Source of the DNA: Octopus vulgaris
Lineage: Eukaryota
Length of the DNA: 64,000 nucleotides
Assembly (NCBI GenBank): GCA_951406725.2
Contig: OX597817.1
Location: forward strand, 58,900,001 to 58,964,000
Direction: 5' to 3'
Positions within the stretch are counted from its first letter, which is position 1. Each line of letters opens with the position of its first letter. The position numbers were made by a program, and so were the translations under genes. The notes under the pieces were generated by a model. That model saw only the letters and a program-made list of their open reading frames with translations, searched no databases and was not told the DNA's origin. This document shows, one piece after another, positions 42,653-56,480 of this stretch.

Positions 42653-44368
42653 AAGCAGCAGCAGCTAACAGCAGTAGAAAGAATTATTACCACTCTTATT
42701 ATTGTTATTATGAAGTGGGTGAGCTGACAGATTCGTTAGCACGCCGGGCGAAATGCGTAGCGGTATTTCATCTGCCCTTACGTTCTGAGTTCAAATTCCG
42801 CCGAGGTCGACTTTGCGTTTCATCCTTTCGGGGTCGATAAATTAAGTACCAGTTACGCACTGGGGTCGATGTAATCGACTTAATACCTATGTCTGTCCTT
42901 GTTTGTCCCCTCTGTGTTTAGCCCCTTGTGGGTAGTAAAGAAATAGGTATTTCGTCTGTCATTACATTCTGAGTTCAAAATCCTCAAAGGTCGACATCGC
43001 CTTTCATCCTTTTGGGGGTTGATCATTTAAGTACCAGCGAAACACTGGGGTCGATGCAATCGACCGGTTCCCTCCCCCAAAATTTCAGGCCTTGTGTCTT
43101 TAGTAGAAAAAGATTATTATTATTATTATCATTACAGGCGGTGAGCTGGCAGAATAGCTTAGCGACATTTCGTCCGTCATTACGTTTTGAGTTTAAATTC
43201 GGAATACTGCCTGTGGAACTCGAAGCCACATCTATCGTTCTACCAGGTGTTTTTCTAGGCGTTCTACCACTGGACCAAAGGAATCTTACGAATTTCTCAG
43301 TCCATTTTAAAATCCTTATTCTTACCGGCGAGAATTATATTTTGTTGACCTCATAAGAATATATAAACCTTCGAGAGAACATGAAATGATTCTATTGCGG
43401 AAGATTGGATCTCGAGGCACATAAAGCCACAAATGATGACATGTAAATATTGGGTTGAGAAATCTCTTTTGATTCCATGTCCCAGGGCCCCAATAATTGC
43501 AGGTATAAACGTGAACTTGTAATCTGGCTAGAGTAAGTGCAGATTTCTCAAGAGTTCAGCATAGGTGTTCTCTTTTTCTCTGATCTTCAGTTTTATGTTA
43601 ACATCCGCTGAGCAGCTAATTTCCGCAACTGTGCACAGTTTCTTTTCCTCATCCCAAATCATTATATCAGGTCCGTTGTCCTTTCATTTATGTATATATG
43701 TGTGTGTGCGTGCGTGCATGTGTGTGTGTGTGTGTGTACATACGTACATACATCGTGGCAAGAAACTCAAAAATGAGCAGAAATATCAAATTCCTTCTTT
43801 CACCAAAAAGCCAACCGCAAAAGAATGGGCAATGAAAAGGTGATAATATTGATGGTGCCCCAGCATGTCCACCGCCTTGGGGCTGAAAAGCATAAAATAA
43901 TACACACACACACACACACACACACAGATATTCCTCATTTGGCAAATAGTTCACAGATGCAACAGTATCGTTTCTCTAACGTCTCTGTATTGGAATCCCA
44001 AGTACAGCTATAAAGTAATCCATCTGGGTTTATGCCCTACTTTTTTCACAAGGGAGGATGTCTCGTAGTCTTTATTTATTAGTATATGTTGAAAGAAAGA
44101 GCAGTCAGTATTTTGCCATTCTATCACCCTCTGCCTATAACTCCGTGGCCCAGTTCTAAACGTGGCCGACATAGCATAACAAATAGAGTGACGCCAATTC
44201 AGATTTTGGGAGGTCATCACTTCCTGGCCTATTTATCAAATATGAACAATGCCCGGACGACGACATTCATTACAGTACTCTCTTATGTATATAAATAAAG
44301 ACACGCGCACATGTACTCACGCACGCACACACACACACACACATACACACACAAGCGCACGCACACAC

Positions 44369-44435
<67 letters not shown>

Positions 44436-44666
44436 CAGTCGCCATGATAGATCGGTAGCCACAACACACATTTTTTTCTCCCCTTGTTTCTCTCCTTGTC
44501 TTTCTGTGTCCCTTTGTGTGGAAGAGCGTAGGCTCGAAACGTAAAAGACTTTTTCAATTTCCTGAGCGTTATACTAATACATATGCTTGTTTCGTACACC
44601 ACCTGTCTTCGCCTTTTGTTTTTTTCGTGAACTCTCCCCTATATATACACATATGTGTGTGTGTAT

Positions 44667-44697
<31 letters not shown>

Positions 44698-44709
44698 CGT
44701 GTGTGTGTG

Positions 44710-44966
44710 AAGACGTGTAGCCTAGTGGTTAGGGTGTTGGACTCACAATAGCTGTGTTATATTCGAGAGCAAAGCGCTTAATTTTTTTCACGTTGCTCCA
44801 TTCCACTAAACTGTAAATGGGTCGCCCTGCAAGGGACCAGATTTCCGATCAGGGGAAATGATGACCTACCCGTCTATACAGCAAGGTTGCATGATTTTGG
44901 AGCTAAAACGATGCAAAACGCGTTGTGACCAGCGATGTATAAGAACATCCGATAGCCTGATCGATC

Positions 44967-44970
<4 letters not shown>
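44710..44970 (+). mobile_element. SINE family C
   Basis: Head tagcctagtggttaggg; tail ttgtgaccagcgatgtataagaacatccgatag. Confidence 0.7.
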
Positions 44971-45009
<39 letters not shown>

Positions 45010-45274
45010 TATGTATATGTATATAAACAACTTATAAACAAGAGCTAAAGAAAATTATTTCTATGCCAATATGCTGATAACAGACTTTTAAATCGTCAAT
45101 TTCCACATATTATTTACTCGCTACAGAAAACACGTAGAGCTGAAATCAGGGAAAGCTGGCCAACATAATTTTTTAAAAAGTTCGTTATTTCTATATTGAA
45201 TCAATTTCGGAATTAATCTCATAATAGATTTTTTTCCTCTGGTGGTGGTGGTGGTGGTCGTCGTCGTCGTCGTC

Positions 45275-46166
45275 GTGGCAGAGTTGTCCATAGTAGTAGT
45301 AGTCGTTGACTGTGAAGCTGTCGTCTGAGTTCTTCCAATTTTCCGTGTGTCGGTGGCAGAGTTGGCGTCCGTGCTCACACCTGCACCTGTGTTGCCCTCC
45401 CCTCCTTCCCTCCTTCATGAAGCTGTGGGGAAGGCAGGGTAGGGAAATCAACGTCTTAAGCGTTGTCAAGGAAACCAGTGTTCTTTGCAACAACGACTTC
45501 ATGGCTTGAAATCGCCATCGTCGGAAACAGAAATGGCTTGGAAAGCCCGAAAATAAATTTACAAAATCGGGAAACACGTCACATAGGGCAGGTTTCCCGG
45601 GCAAAGAATTTGCACAACATAAATTTATTTTTTTTAATTTTAAATTTTAATAATTTAAATTTTTAATTTTATATTTTATATATATTATATTATATTAATT
45701 ATATTTATTTCTTGATTTTTATGTTTTGGTTTATGTCTATCACTGTTTGAGTTGCCTAATAGTGGTTTTATCTCGAATTTAATTTATATTTATACTGTGA
45801 AATTTGATTTAATCTTAAGTTTAATTTTTCCTTGTAAGTTTGGATATACTCCCTAATATTATTATTATATATATATCAAGTAGGTACTGTAAATTTAGGG
45901 TGAATACTTGATAAGTTTAAGCACTTGTATACGCCGAATTGTGGCAGAGGTGAAAGCTATGAAGTCGTCGGTCTCCTTGACAACGCTTACGACGTTGATT
46001 TCCCTACCCTGCCTTCCCCACAGCTTCATGAAGGAGGGAAGGGGAGGAGAAGTAACACAGGTGCAGGTGTGAGCACGGACGCCAACTCCGCCACCGACAC
46101 ACGAATAATTGGAAGAACCCAGACGACAGCTTCACAGTCAACCACTACTACGGACAACTCTGCCAC
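45275..46166. repeat. Long inverted repeat (about 220-bp arms, about 440-bp spacer)
   Basis: 45275-45510 is the reverse complement of 45950-46166; also visible as mirror ORFs STDANSATDTR..GRTQTTASQSTT on opposite strands. Confidence 0.9.
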
Positions 46167-46297
46167 AAACATCACCACCACCACCACCGCCAACAACAAC
46201 AACAACAACAACCGCCACCACCACCACCAACACCACCACCACCTCCACAAAAAACAAGACAAATTTCGCAGAAGCAATAAAACCAAAAATAATTTTT

Positions 46298-46716
46298 GGT
46301 ATTTTTTCGCTTTGAACGGCAGTTTTTTCTAGCGGTGTCATATGAAATTGTCACCCATAATTATGACCCTAGTATCGACCTAATGCATTTCAATCTGTTT
46401 TAGGATTAGTTAGGGTTAGGGTTAGGGGTGAGGGGAAGGGTATCTTTTTTCTTCCCAATCTGTTTCTTAAACGAGGGACATATTCATACGGCACAGAATG
46501 TTTTCACCTCAATAGACGTCATTGATTGGTTGAAATTGCAGAAATTGAAGAAAAAAAAACAACAAATATCTTACAAACTATAGAATTTTCTCAATAAAGC
46601 CAAGAGAAAAAGATGTTTTATAAACACATTCTACCAGTATACGAAGTTTAAAAGTGTTTAGTTACGTGGAAATTATTTAAAAAAACTGTCGGTCATGATT
46701 TTATTTGATATATACC
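46298..46716. mobile_element. MITE related to 60182-60823
   Basis: Shares ttgaacggcag, aaagccaagagaaaaa, cacattctaccagtatacgaagttt and (ttaggg)n segments. Confidence 0.6.
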
Positions 46717-46733
46717 CTGTTTTTGATTTTATT

Positions 46734-46828
<95 letters not shown>

Positions 46829-46830
<2 letters not shown>

Positions 46831-46997
46831 CGCAGGAGTGGCTGTGTGGTAAGTAGCTTGCTAACCAACCACACGGTTCCGGGTTCAGTCCACTGCGTGG
46901 CATCTTGGGCAAGTGTCTTCTGCTATAGCCCCGGGCCGACCAATACCTTGTGAGTGGATTTGGTAGACGGAAACTGAAAGAAGCCTGTCGTATATAT

Positions 46998-47037
<40 letters not shown>

Positions 47038-47222
47038 TTGTGTGTCTGTGTTTGTTCCCCTAGCATTGCTTGACAACCGATGCTGGTGTGTTTACGTCCC
47101 CGTCACTTAGCGGTTCGGCAAAAGAGACCGATAGAATAAGTACTGGGCTTACAAAGAATAAGTCCCGGGGTCGATTTGCTTGAAACAAGTAAAAGACTGA
47201 AACAAGTAAAAGAGTAAAAAGA

Positions 47223-47224
<2 letters not shown>
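46829..47224 (+). mobile_element. SINE family A, full length
   Basis: Near-identical to 20331-20754; flanked by (TA)n. Confidence 0.9.
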
Positions 47225-47266
<42 letters not shown>

Positions 47267-47399
47267 CTGTATTCTATAACTGTACATTCAAGATCCATCT
47301 ATATTATATTCTCAAAGCAGATTTTAAAAGACTGTTAATATTTCCACTCATAAGAACAACAAAAAGACCGGACAGAATCCTATGGAACACAGAACGGAG

Positions 47400-48260
47400 A
47401 ACTGGAATTTTACTAGAGCAATGGAAGGAGAAGAGGTACGAAAAATTAATCGAAGAGTGCAGAGAACAGGGATGGACTGTCGAGTATTACCACTTAGCAG
47501 TGGGGGCTGGGGGCTTCATTGAAAGGAAAATGACGACGTTATTTAAAAGGTTTTCATTTTCGTGCTCAGAGCTGAGAAAAGTCATAAAGACGACACAGGA
47601 GGCAGTCGAAAAGCCGGCTTCTATATATGGCTGAAGCGAGAAGACCTAAAAGGGCTTGAAAGCCACGATATGCCTAATGGGAAATAGCTAGGTGAGGCTG
47701 GGTGGCACTTAAGCAGCATTGTTGATTAACAGGTGGGCCAAGGGAGCGATCTCGTTCATAGCGGGCCCTCCTCCGTGGTTCGAAGGCTTGTTCCACCAAA
47801 CAGCTGGTCGGCTCTGGCTGCTGAAACTGAAACTAACACGACGCTGTTTGAAGGCAGATTTAGAGAGGGCGCGGGCCAAAACTACACGCCCTTTCCCTCC
47901 ATTGGTCAGTTGAAGCTTAGACAGTGTCACGTGGTAGTTACCTGGTGCTGACTCCTTGAGCCTACCGGTGAGTATATAAAGGGAAATTTGGCAGAATGGT
48001 CAGTTGTCAGTTGACACTCGTTGACACTGCATCAAAGAAACCAAAGAACAGAAGAAAAAGGAGAAAGAAGAAACACACTCAACACCAGAGATGAAGACAC
48101 CTCCGAATGGGGGGAGGTAGCAGCCACGTCGAAAACGGTAGAGGGGCCGAAACCGGACGTGGTTTCTCCTGATGATGTCTTTAGCCACTGGATCCTACAA
48201 AAGAGCTGTTGAGGCAGCGAACCAAGAAACGCAGTTAGAATTCCTCCTCCGCCTCTAACA
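47400..48260 (+). mobile_element. 3' fragment of Hero-like RLE non-LTR retrotransposon
   Basis: KEKRYEKLIEECREQGWTVEYYHLAVGAGGF...QEAVEK/(frameshift)AGFYIWLKRED at about 47422-47646; 3' boundary uncertain. Confidence 0.7.
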
Positions 48261-49424
48261 GTTCTACAGTTCTACCCTCTCAATATACATCTGTCCTCTA
48301 TAATTGCATACTTTATATCCATCTACGCTATAAAGCCTTACTGAAACCATTCCTCACAGTCCTACAGTCTATATACACCTCTATACTGGTACAGTCTATA
48401 TAATTCTCTATTATATAACCAGAGTTCCAGTGCCTCTAACACTCTCTCTCTCTCTCTCTACACACACAATCCTCTACACCTCTGTCAGTACGCTTCTATT
48501 GATTTCTTCCTGCTATTGTCATATCACCATTCAAAGATTCCTCCCTTGTCGTATTGTTATCGTTTCTCGTTAGTTGAAAGACATCAAAGCTCCTTCACGT
48601 CCCCACCGATATGCACGTCACGTGACACTGTTCTTCGAAAGCTGAAATGACGCTCTTACTACCACAACCGCCGTCGCTGTCGCCACCATGTTGTTTTTTC
48701 GGGACACGCCCTTCTTCTTCTTCTTCTTCTTCTTCTTCTTCTTCTTCTTCTTCTTCTTCTTCTTCTTCTTCTTCTTCTTCTTCTTCTTCTTCTTCTCCTC
48801 CTCCTCCTCCTCCTCCTTCTTCATGTCATCCATCCATAAAGACACAATCACCCACCATTGATTGTGTTCTGATCGTATTAATCAGAAACATTTGACGCTG
48901 ATTCATGTAGCAACAAAATGGCCATCAGCTTCTTTATCATTTCATTTTATCTCATCGCATCTTATATTTATGTATACATACACGCGTACACACACACATA
49001 CATTAACAATGCGTACACATATATACCTACCGCGCTACCTACTTCGCTACCTGCCTACCTACCTACCTACCTATTTCTTTACTACCCACAAGGGGCTACA
49101 CACAGGGGACAAACAAGGACAGACAAACGGATCGAGTTGATTATATCGACCCCAGTGCGTAACTGGTACTTATTTAATCGACCCCGAAAGGATGAAAGGC
49201 AAAGTCGACCTCGGCGGAATTAGAACTCAGAACGTAACGGCAGACGAAATACTGCTAAGCATTTCGCCCGGCGTGCTAACGTTTCTGCCAGCTCGCTACC
49301 TGCCTGCCTACCTACCTACCTACCTACCTACCTACCTACATGTATGCATGTATGCATGCATTCATACATACATACATTCATACATACATACATACATACA
49401 TACATACATACATACATACATACA

Positions 49425-49452
<28 letters not shown>

Positions 49453-49455
<3 letters not shown>

Positions 49456-49725
49456 CCAGACTACAAGTTCAGGTTTATACCTGTAATTAGTGGGGCCCTG
49501 GGATATATAGCTCACTGCCTAAATACCAGTCTTGAGAAACTAGGCTTCTCAAAACCAGAAAGGAGAAAGCTAATTCGAAGGCTACAGATCCAATCCATCA
49601 CCGGAACTGTAAAAATCTGTAAATCTTTCCAGAAGTTTATCGTTTAAATATATATGAACATGTCTAGATATGTAGGTATATGCATGAGACTACATACATA
49701 AGACAAACAAATCTTCACATACACA
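49453..49725 (+). mobile_element. 3' end of R4/Dong-like retrotransposon in (TACA)n
   Basis: YPDYKFRFIPVISGALG...LQIQSITGTVKICKSFQKFIV* (stop at 49647); (TACA)n on both sides. Confidence 0.75.
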
Positions 49726-50335
49726 CATACATACATACATACATACATACATACATACATACATACATACATACATACATACATACATACAAACATACAT
49801 ACATACATACATACATACATACATACATACATACATACTTCATACATACATACATACATACATACATACATTCATACATACATACATACAAAAATACCCT
49901 TTTGATGTTGAAATTCCAATGAAGAAACCTTGGATCTAGGTTAGAAACCGGCTCTTTCTCTATTGGTAAGAAATCTTGGAATAAAACTGAATAATGACAA
50001 ACATTCATATAGTGTGTGTGTGTGAGAGAGAGAGAGGGGGGGTTGAGTGTTTTACGCTGATATCAATTGTAAACGATCAAAACCGGACAGTATTGAATCG
50101 TGTCCGGTTGAGTAGAAGAAAATGATTTATTCGATGTTGAATCTCCATGAGATGCTAATCAGGCGCCCCCATTACCAAGTCTCATAGATGTAGACATATA
50201 TATTAAGTCTGCCCACCCTGCTATAGTGTCTCTCTGTGAATATGTGCATACAAAAACACACACACACACATACAGACTCGCACAAACGCACACTACCATA
50301 CATAGACAGAAATACATATGTGTGTGTGTCTATCA

Positions 50336-50405
<70 letters not shown>

Positions 50406-50567
50406 TCATCATCATTTAACGTCCATTTTCCATGCATGCATGGGTTGGACGGTTGACAGGAGACAGAAAGAGAGAATGAGTGAGAGAGAGAAAATATAAA
50501 AATCAAAAAGTAAGAGGAAGTATTTAAGTAAGGAAGTGAGTTAGAGAAAAGATGAAAGGGAGAGACT

Positions 50568-50709
<142 letters not shown>

Positions 50710-51235
50710 GACGCTAAGAGAGAAGAAGGGGGTTACAAGGCGTCGGAGTAGAATCAGATTTACCCAGCTTTCTTGTGACCATTATTTCAAGGATTTGACT
50801 TTCCATCTAAATTAACTGAAATGGAAAGAAACAAAGTTTTGGTTGTAATTTCTGTGGAAAGAAATCCATCTTTTATTAAATAAGAATGGTTTCCGGATAT
50901 TAAGACTGAAACTTATTTGATTAAAGCTGCTAATCTGGTTTTATTTGGTATTTAGTTCGGTTGAAATCACTTTTGGGGGAAAAGGGAACAGATTAATGGA
51001 AATTTATGTCCATTTCAGTCGTGTGTGGGTGGGGTTGCATGTATGTATGTTTGTGTGTACGTAATACATAAATACATGCATATATCGTATACATGCATAT
51101 ATCGTATACATGCATATATGTGCTTGTTAAACCCTCCTTCTTTCCTTAGCATCCAATAATACTATATTTGTTCCACGTCCTCGCGTTGTTATGTTTTTTT
51201 GTGCTTTCTTGTTTGGATTAACTTTATATATATAC

Positions 51236-51270
<35 letters not shown>

Positions 51271-51373
51271 TACAAACACACACATAAACACACACACACA
51301 TAGTTCAAATTTACAGAAAACAAAAGACTGGGGAGGGAACAACAAGCAGGCCTATTTGACACTCAGGAACATT

Positions 51374-51471
<98 letters not shown>

Positions 51472-52029
51472 CATTTTATTACGCTTATTATCATTATCCG
51501 AATATTCGTTTTTATCTAATGTTTTTCTCTATAATTATAATCTGTGAAATTATTAAATTATATATAGTTATATTAGGCTAATGAGGCCCCACCTGAGCGA
51601 AACATGTCTATATTTATCCTGATACTTGTAAACAAAGATTAGATTTTCCTCTACGTAAATTAATTTTATGAAACGCTTTATTGATTTTGTGTAATTGTCT
51701 CCCTTCTTTCATTGATAGTCGCTCACAATGAAAGCTAGGAGAATTTCATTGAAATGAGAACTTTTGGCCAACGTCGTTCAGTCCATTATCGTGCCTTAAA
51801 TTACTTATCAAAATTAACGTCATTTCCATGGTTTAATCATTTCTCCTTGGCTTATTTTAGTTTTAATTAAATACATATATTGCCTGAGAATGTTGTAAAC
51901 TAACGGAGCAGTGCCGAAATTTTATGATTTCTAGAAAAGGATTTAATTAAAATTATAAACCAAAAACTACAATAGAAATATATGAAGACGTGTTACGTTC
52001 TTCAAAGCTCAAGGCTTAACCCTTTCTCC

Positions 52030-52186
52030 CTCCTCCTCTCTCTCCCTCACTCCCTTTCTCTCTCCCAACTATCTCAGTCTCTCTACACCTCTCGGTCTCT
52101 CACTTTCTTTCTCTCTCTCCCTCTCTCTTTTTCTCTCTCCCTCTCTCAACTACCTCAGTCTATATTTCTCGATCTCTCGCTTTCTT

Positions 52187-52235
<49 letters not shown>

Positions 52236-52450
52236 TATCTCAGTCTCTCCACACTTCTCGGTCTCTCGCTTTCTTTCTCTCCCTCTCTCCCTCTCTCTCT
52301 CCCCCTCTCCCTCTCTCAACTATCTCAGTCTCTCTATATTTCTCGGTCTCTCGCTTTCTTTCTCAATCGTTCTAGCTTTCTTCCCGTCTTTCTCTTTTTC
52401 ACTTTCTTTGTCTTTCTCTCTCAATCTCAGCCAATCTTTTCTCTCTCAAT
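52030..52450. repeat. CT-rich compound minisatellite
   Basis: Recurrent ctcaactatctcagtctc...tctcggtctctcgctttc blocks spaced by (CT)n. Confidence 0.8.
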
Positions 52451-52978
52451 CATTCTAGCCTTCTCTCTCTCTCTCCTTCCTTTCTCTCTCTCTCTCTCTC
52501 TCTCCCTCCTCCCTCTCTCCAAGATAGTAATTGCTGATATAAAACGGTATAGAATCTCGGCACCACTCACCAAAGTTATAATTATTAAACCCGGAAGAAA
52601 AATGGAAACTCGAATGTGATTGAAAAGCTAAGAGTTTCTGCAAAAATAATTAATTAGAAATTCATAAAGACCGAAACAGCCATAAGATCTTCTGACTTGG
52701 ACAGACAGTCCGGAGGAAGTTTGTACGGAACAGCAATAATATCGGTAGAAAATTAAACATTACCATCGTTTCATTATTTATCAATATTGGATGGGAAGTG
52801 ATTGGCAATGAATAATGGAATCGGTACAATATACATACATGCACACACGCGAACACACACACACACACACACACACATGTATAGATAAATAGATAGATAG
52901 TTAGATAGATTTCTGTGTGTGTATGTGTGTGCTAGTGTGTGTGTTTGTGTGTTTGTGTGTGTGTGTTTGTGTGCTTGT

Positions 52979-53057
<79 letters not shown>

Positions 53058-53058
53058 T

Positions 53059-53129
<71 letters not shown>

Positions 53130-53599
53130 AATACACACGTGTATTTGGAGAGAGAGAGAGATAAACGTACATATTTACAGATACACAGACATGTATGTAT
53201 ATATGTATGTATGCATGTGTATATCTACCACTATCTTTCTACCTATCTATTCTACACGCACATGTATGTATGTATGTATGTATGTATGTATGTATGTATG
53301 TATGTATGGGTGAATGGATGGATGGATGAGTATATGCATGCATGTATGGATGGATGGATGGATGGATGGAGGCATGTACGTGTGTATATAAATAGGATAA
53401 GAGAGAAAATAGAAAACTCGATAAGTCTGTAGAGTAAAACGTATGTACAACACTGTACACACGACAGAGGTCTGATAAATCAATGATGTAGAACAGCAGA
53501 TATATTAACGTCTATCTTGCTACGGTCATAAAACTGACAATCAGCTTTTCACCTTTGCAGCTTGAAGCTCTAAACTGTAATACACACAGACACACAGAT

Positions 53600-54770
53600 G
53601 TATATATATATAAAACTGAGAATGTGTGTCTGTCTATCTGTCTGTGTGTTTCCCTAAAACTTGAGAACTGCACAACCAATTTCATTCAAATTTTACACAT
53701 GCCTTACTTAGGGTCCGGGGAGTGTCATCGGCAAAAATAATTTTTAACTTTTATCCTAGGGCGAGCCCACAGCAATATCATATCTTCTCCACTACGATTC
53801 CCTAAAACTTGACAACTACACCACCAATTTCATTCAAATTTTACACATGCCTTACTTAGGGTCCATGTAGTTTCATGGGCAAAACAAAAATGTCAAACTT
53901 CTTGCCTAGAGCGAGCCCATAGCAATATCATATCTTCTCCACTATTTCAGTATTACGTGTTAAAAGTGAAACAAAAACTTTTCTCTATTTTATGTCAGAT
54001 GCTTTCACTTTAACAATAAAAATAATAATAACAATTGAATTATATGTAGTAAGTAATAATTAAAATCAAACTAAAGTATAATATAATCGTAACATAACAA
54101 AAGTAAAAATAGCAATTGGTATAAAATTGCATCAATGACTTGAACTTGAATAAGTGGTTTCACATGAATGGGAATAAATTAAAAATAAAATTAGCGTGCA
54201 GAAATGGAATAGTCCAGATGGATAATAAAAAATTAAATTAAAGAAAAGACTATTGTTTATAAAGTATACAATGCAGAGAAAAAGAAGATTTGAACACCTG
54301 GAGGAAAGCACCATCGAAAAGTGTCTTGGTGCGACTATGAAAGATATCTAACCAGAGGCGGTAAATTCGCCACAATAGAAGCAAGGTTCGAGTCAACGGA
54401 GCGTGCAAGGGAGTACTCGACTCGAACTTGCAAAGAGGAAATATTTTATTTTTACCTTTATATCTGGGACGTAGGACGTGCCGGATAAAAATTAAAAATG
54501 TCCCCCCACCCAGATGTTGAGGTAGGCTGGATTGTAGCCACACTTCTATACAAGATACAATTGATCGAAATTGCAAGGGACGGGCTTACAATTCCAGTCT
54601 GTTATATATTTTGAGTATTGTTCTCACTAGCGATATCAAGATATAACTTTGTATTTTGTATTTTATGTGTAGATGTATATATATAGATGTACATGTAATA
54701 TGTACACACATATATACACATATATACATTCACTAGCACTATGACCCGGCAACGACGGGTCATAATGCTA

Positions 54771-54816
<46 letters not shown>

Positions 54817-55143
54817 CACTGAGAATGTGTGTCTGTCTGTCTGTGTGTTTCCTAAAACATGAGAACTACACAACCAATTTCGTTCAAATTTTACACACGC
54901 CTTACTTAGGGTCGAAGGAGTGTCATGGACTCGGTCTGGGCGCCATTGGGGCGACTGTACACAGCCACTGGCCCACAGTCGACGCTATGGCGACTAGAGC
55001 TCGCTCTGGGTGCCATTGGGGCGACTGTACACAGCCACCGGCCCACAGTCGACGCTATGGCATTGGTGTCAGTATTACAAATGGCTTGGCTTGGCTTGGC
55101 TTCTGAAGGAGAGGAAAGAAATAATTTTAATTATATATAGAGA
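53600..55143. mobile_element. Tandem/compound non-autonomous Helitron-like elements
   Basis: 5' module (TA)n-aaactgagaatgtgtgtctgtct...caaccaatttcattcaaattttacac at 53600 and 54813; hairpin plus CTAG at 54732-54772; internal 149-bp and 70-bp duplications. Confidence 0.6.
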
Positions 55144-55609
55144 GAACTATAGCGCGAAGGCAGCATAAAAAAAAACAGCCCTCCCTCAGTTGGTGGCAGT
55201 TTTACCTACTCCGCATTGCAACAAGTTGCGTTTTCGTCAAAGTAATTGCTTCCCCAAAGCAAATTAAATAAAATTTGAGATACGTGGAAAGTCAAAGCTG
55301 CTAACAAGAACAGGACAGTGAAAACATTCGGTAAGGGCTGTTTAACCCTAACGAGGGGAAGTGGTGAACGCCGGAGAAAGAAAGCTTTGTCAAGAGACAG
55401 ACAAGAATGCATGAACGAGAAGAAAAAGAATTACATTTAGAAATAGATCTATAATTATTGAGGACAGAATTTCTGTTAGAAATAAAGAACTATAAATATT
55501 GAATTATGCATAAAGTGCTGACTTACATTCGGGGCTTCCAATTCTCTGTAAAATATAAGATAATCGCAAAATCATCGCACATGTTACCATCGATTGCAAA
55601 CACCGGTGG

Positions 55610-56452
55610 AAGATAAAATGTTCAATGAAGAGGGGTCCTAGAACATGAGCTTTCCAAAAACCACACCAAACCATCACCTTTTTGCTGCCTTGCTGTTTGG
55701 ATAGATCCATCCAATGTGGATTACCTCGAGACCAGTATAGAAGATTCTGTCTGTTGACCTCACCATTTACATAAAACGTAGCTTTGTCACTGAACAACAC
55801 AAAGTTTTTCGTAAAATTGATATTTTCATCCAATTTATCTGAAAACCTTTCGCACGTCTACATTCGTCTATCAGGATCGTTTTCATTTAAGTGATGCAAT
55901 ATCTGTAGGTTGTATCGATGAAACTTTTCCTCAACAAGCATTTTGTGGATGGTTGGTTTTGGAACACCTAACACCGTGGATGTCCGACGAAGTGATTTCT
56001 TTGGGCTAGCAGAAACTTTAGCCTCGACAGCCTCTTTAGTTTCATCTGAAGTCTTTGGTCGCCCGGAACGGGGTTTATCCAAAACACTGCCTGTTTCTTT
56101 AAATTTCTTGATCAATTTCCTAACGGCAGTAAAATAAATAGGTTGCCTACAAGGGTGTTGAAGATTAAATTCTTCCGCAATTTTGGGATAAGACCATCCC
56201 TCTTGTCCACTTAATAATATTAACTCGATTCTTTCTTCTTTAGACAGATTCATCATTCGATCTGGGATTCTTTCTTCTTTAGACAGAGCCATCATTCGAT
56301 CATCTGTAGAAAAAATAACAAATAAATTTAGAAAAGTAAAGTATTTTTTAAATTTAATTTAAACAAAAGTAAAAAAGGAAAATTATTATTTCTTATATTT
56401 ATTTGTTTATATTATGATTTTATTCCATAAACCCAGACTTCGTGGATACCCT
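55610..56452 (-). pseudogene. Truncated Tc1/mariner-superfamily transposase (rosa/DD41D-like)
   Basis: ORFs 55858..56295 (KFKETGSVLDKPRSGRP HTH) and 55504..55833 (LFSDKATF..NGEVNRQN..YW; KVMVWCG; GPLF) separated by a stop codon; C-terminal catalytic part missing. Confidence 0.8.
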
Positions 56453-56480
56453 AAAATTGCTTTGATTAAAACCCTTTTAA

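Noticed and set aside
46405-46430. Telomere or chromosome-fusion scar (ttaggg repeats; also 60425-60460)
   Set aside because: Only a few units, and they are internal parts of a MITE family
48140-48185. gccgaaac...ctgatga hammerhead-like words in the Hero-like 3' region
   Set aside because: Only about 3 nt lie between the putative cleavage site and CUGAUGA, so stem I cannot form, and the stem II strands pair poorly
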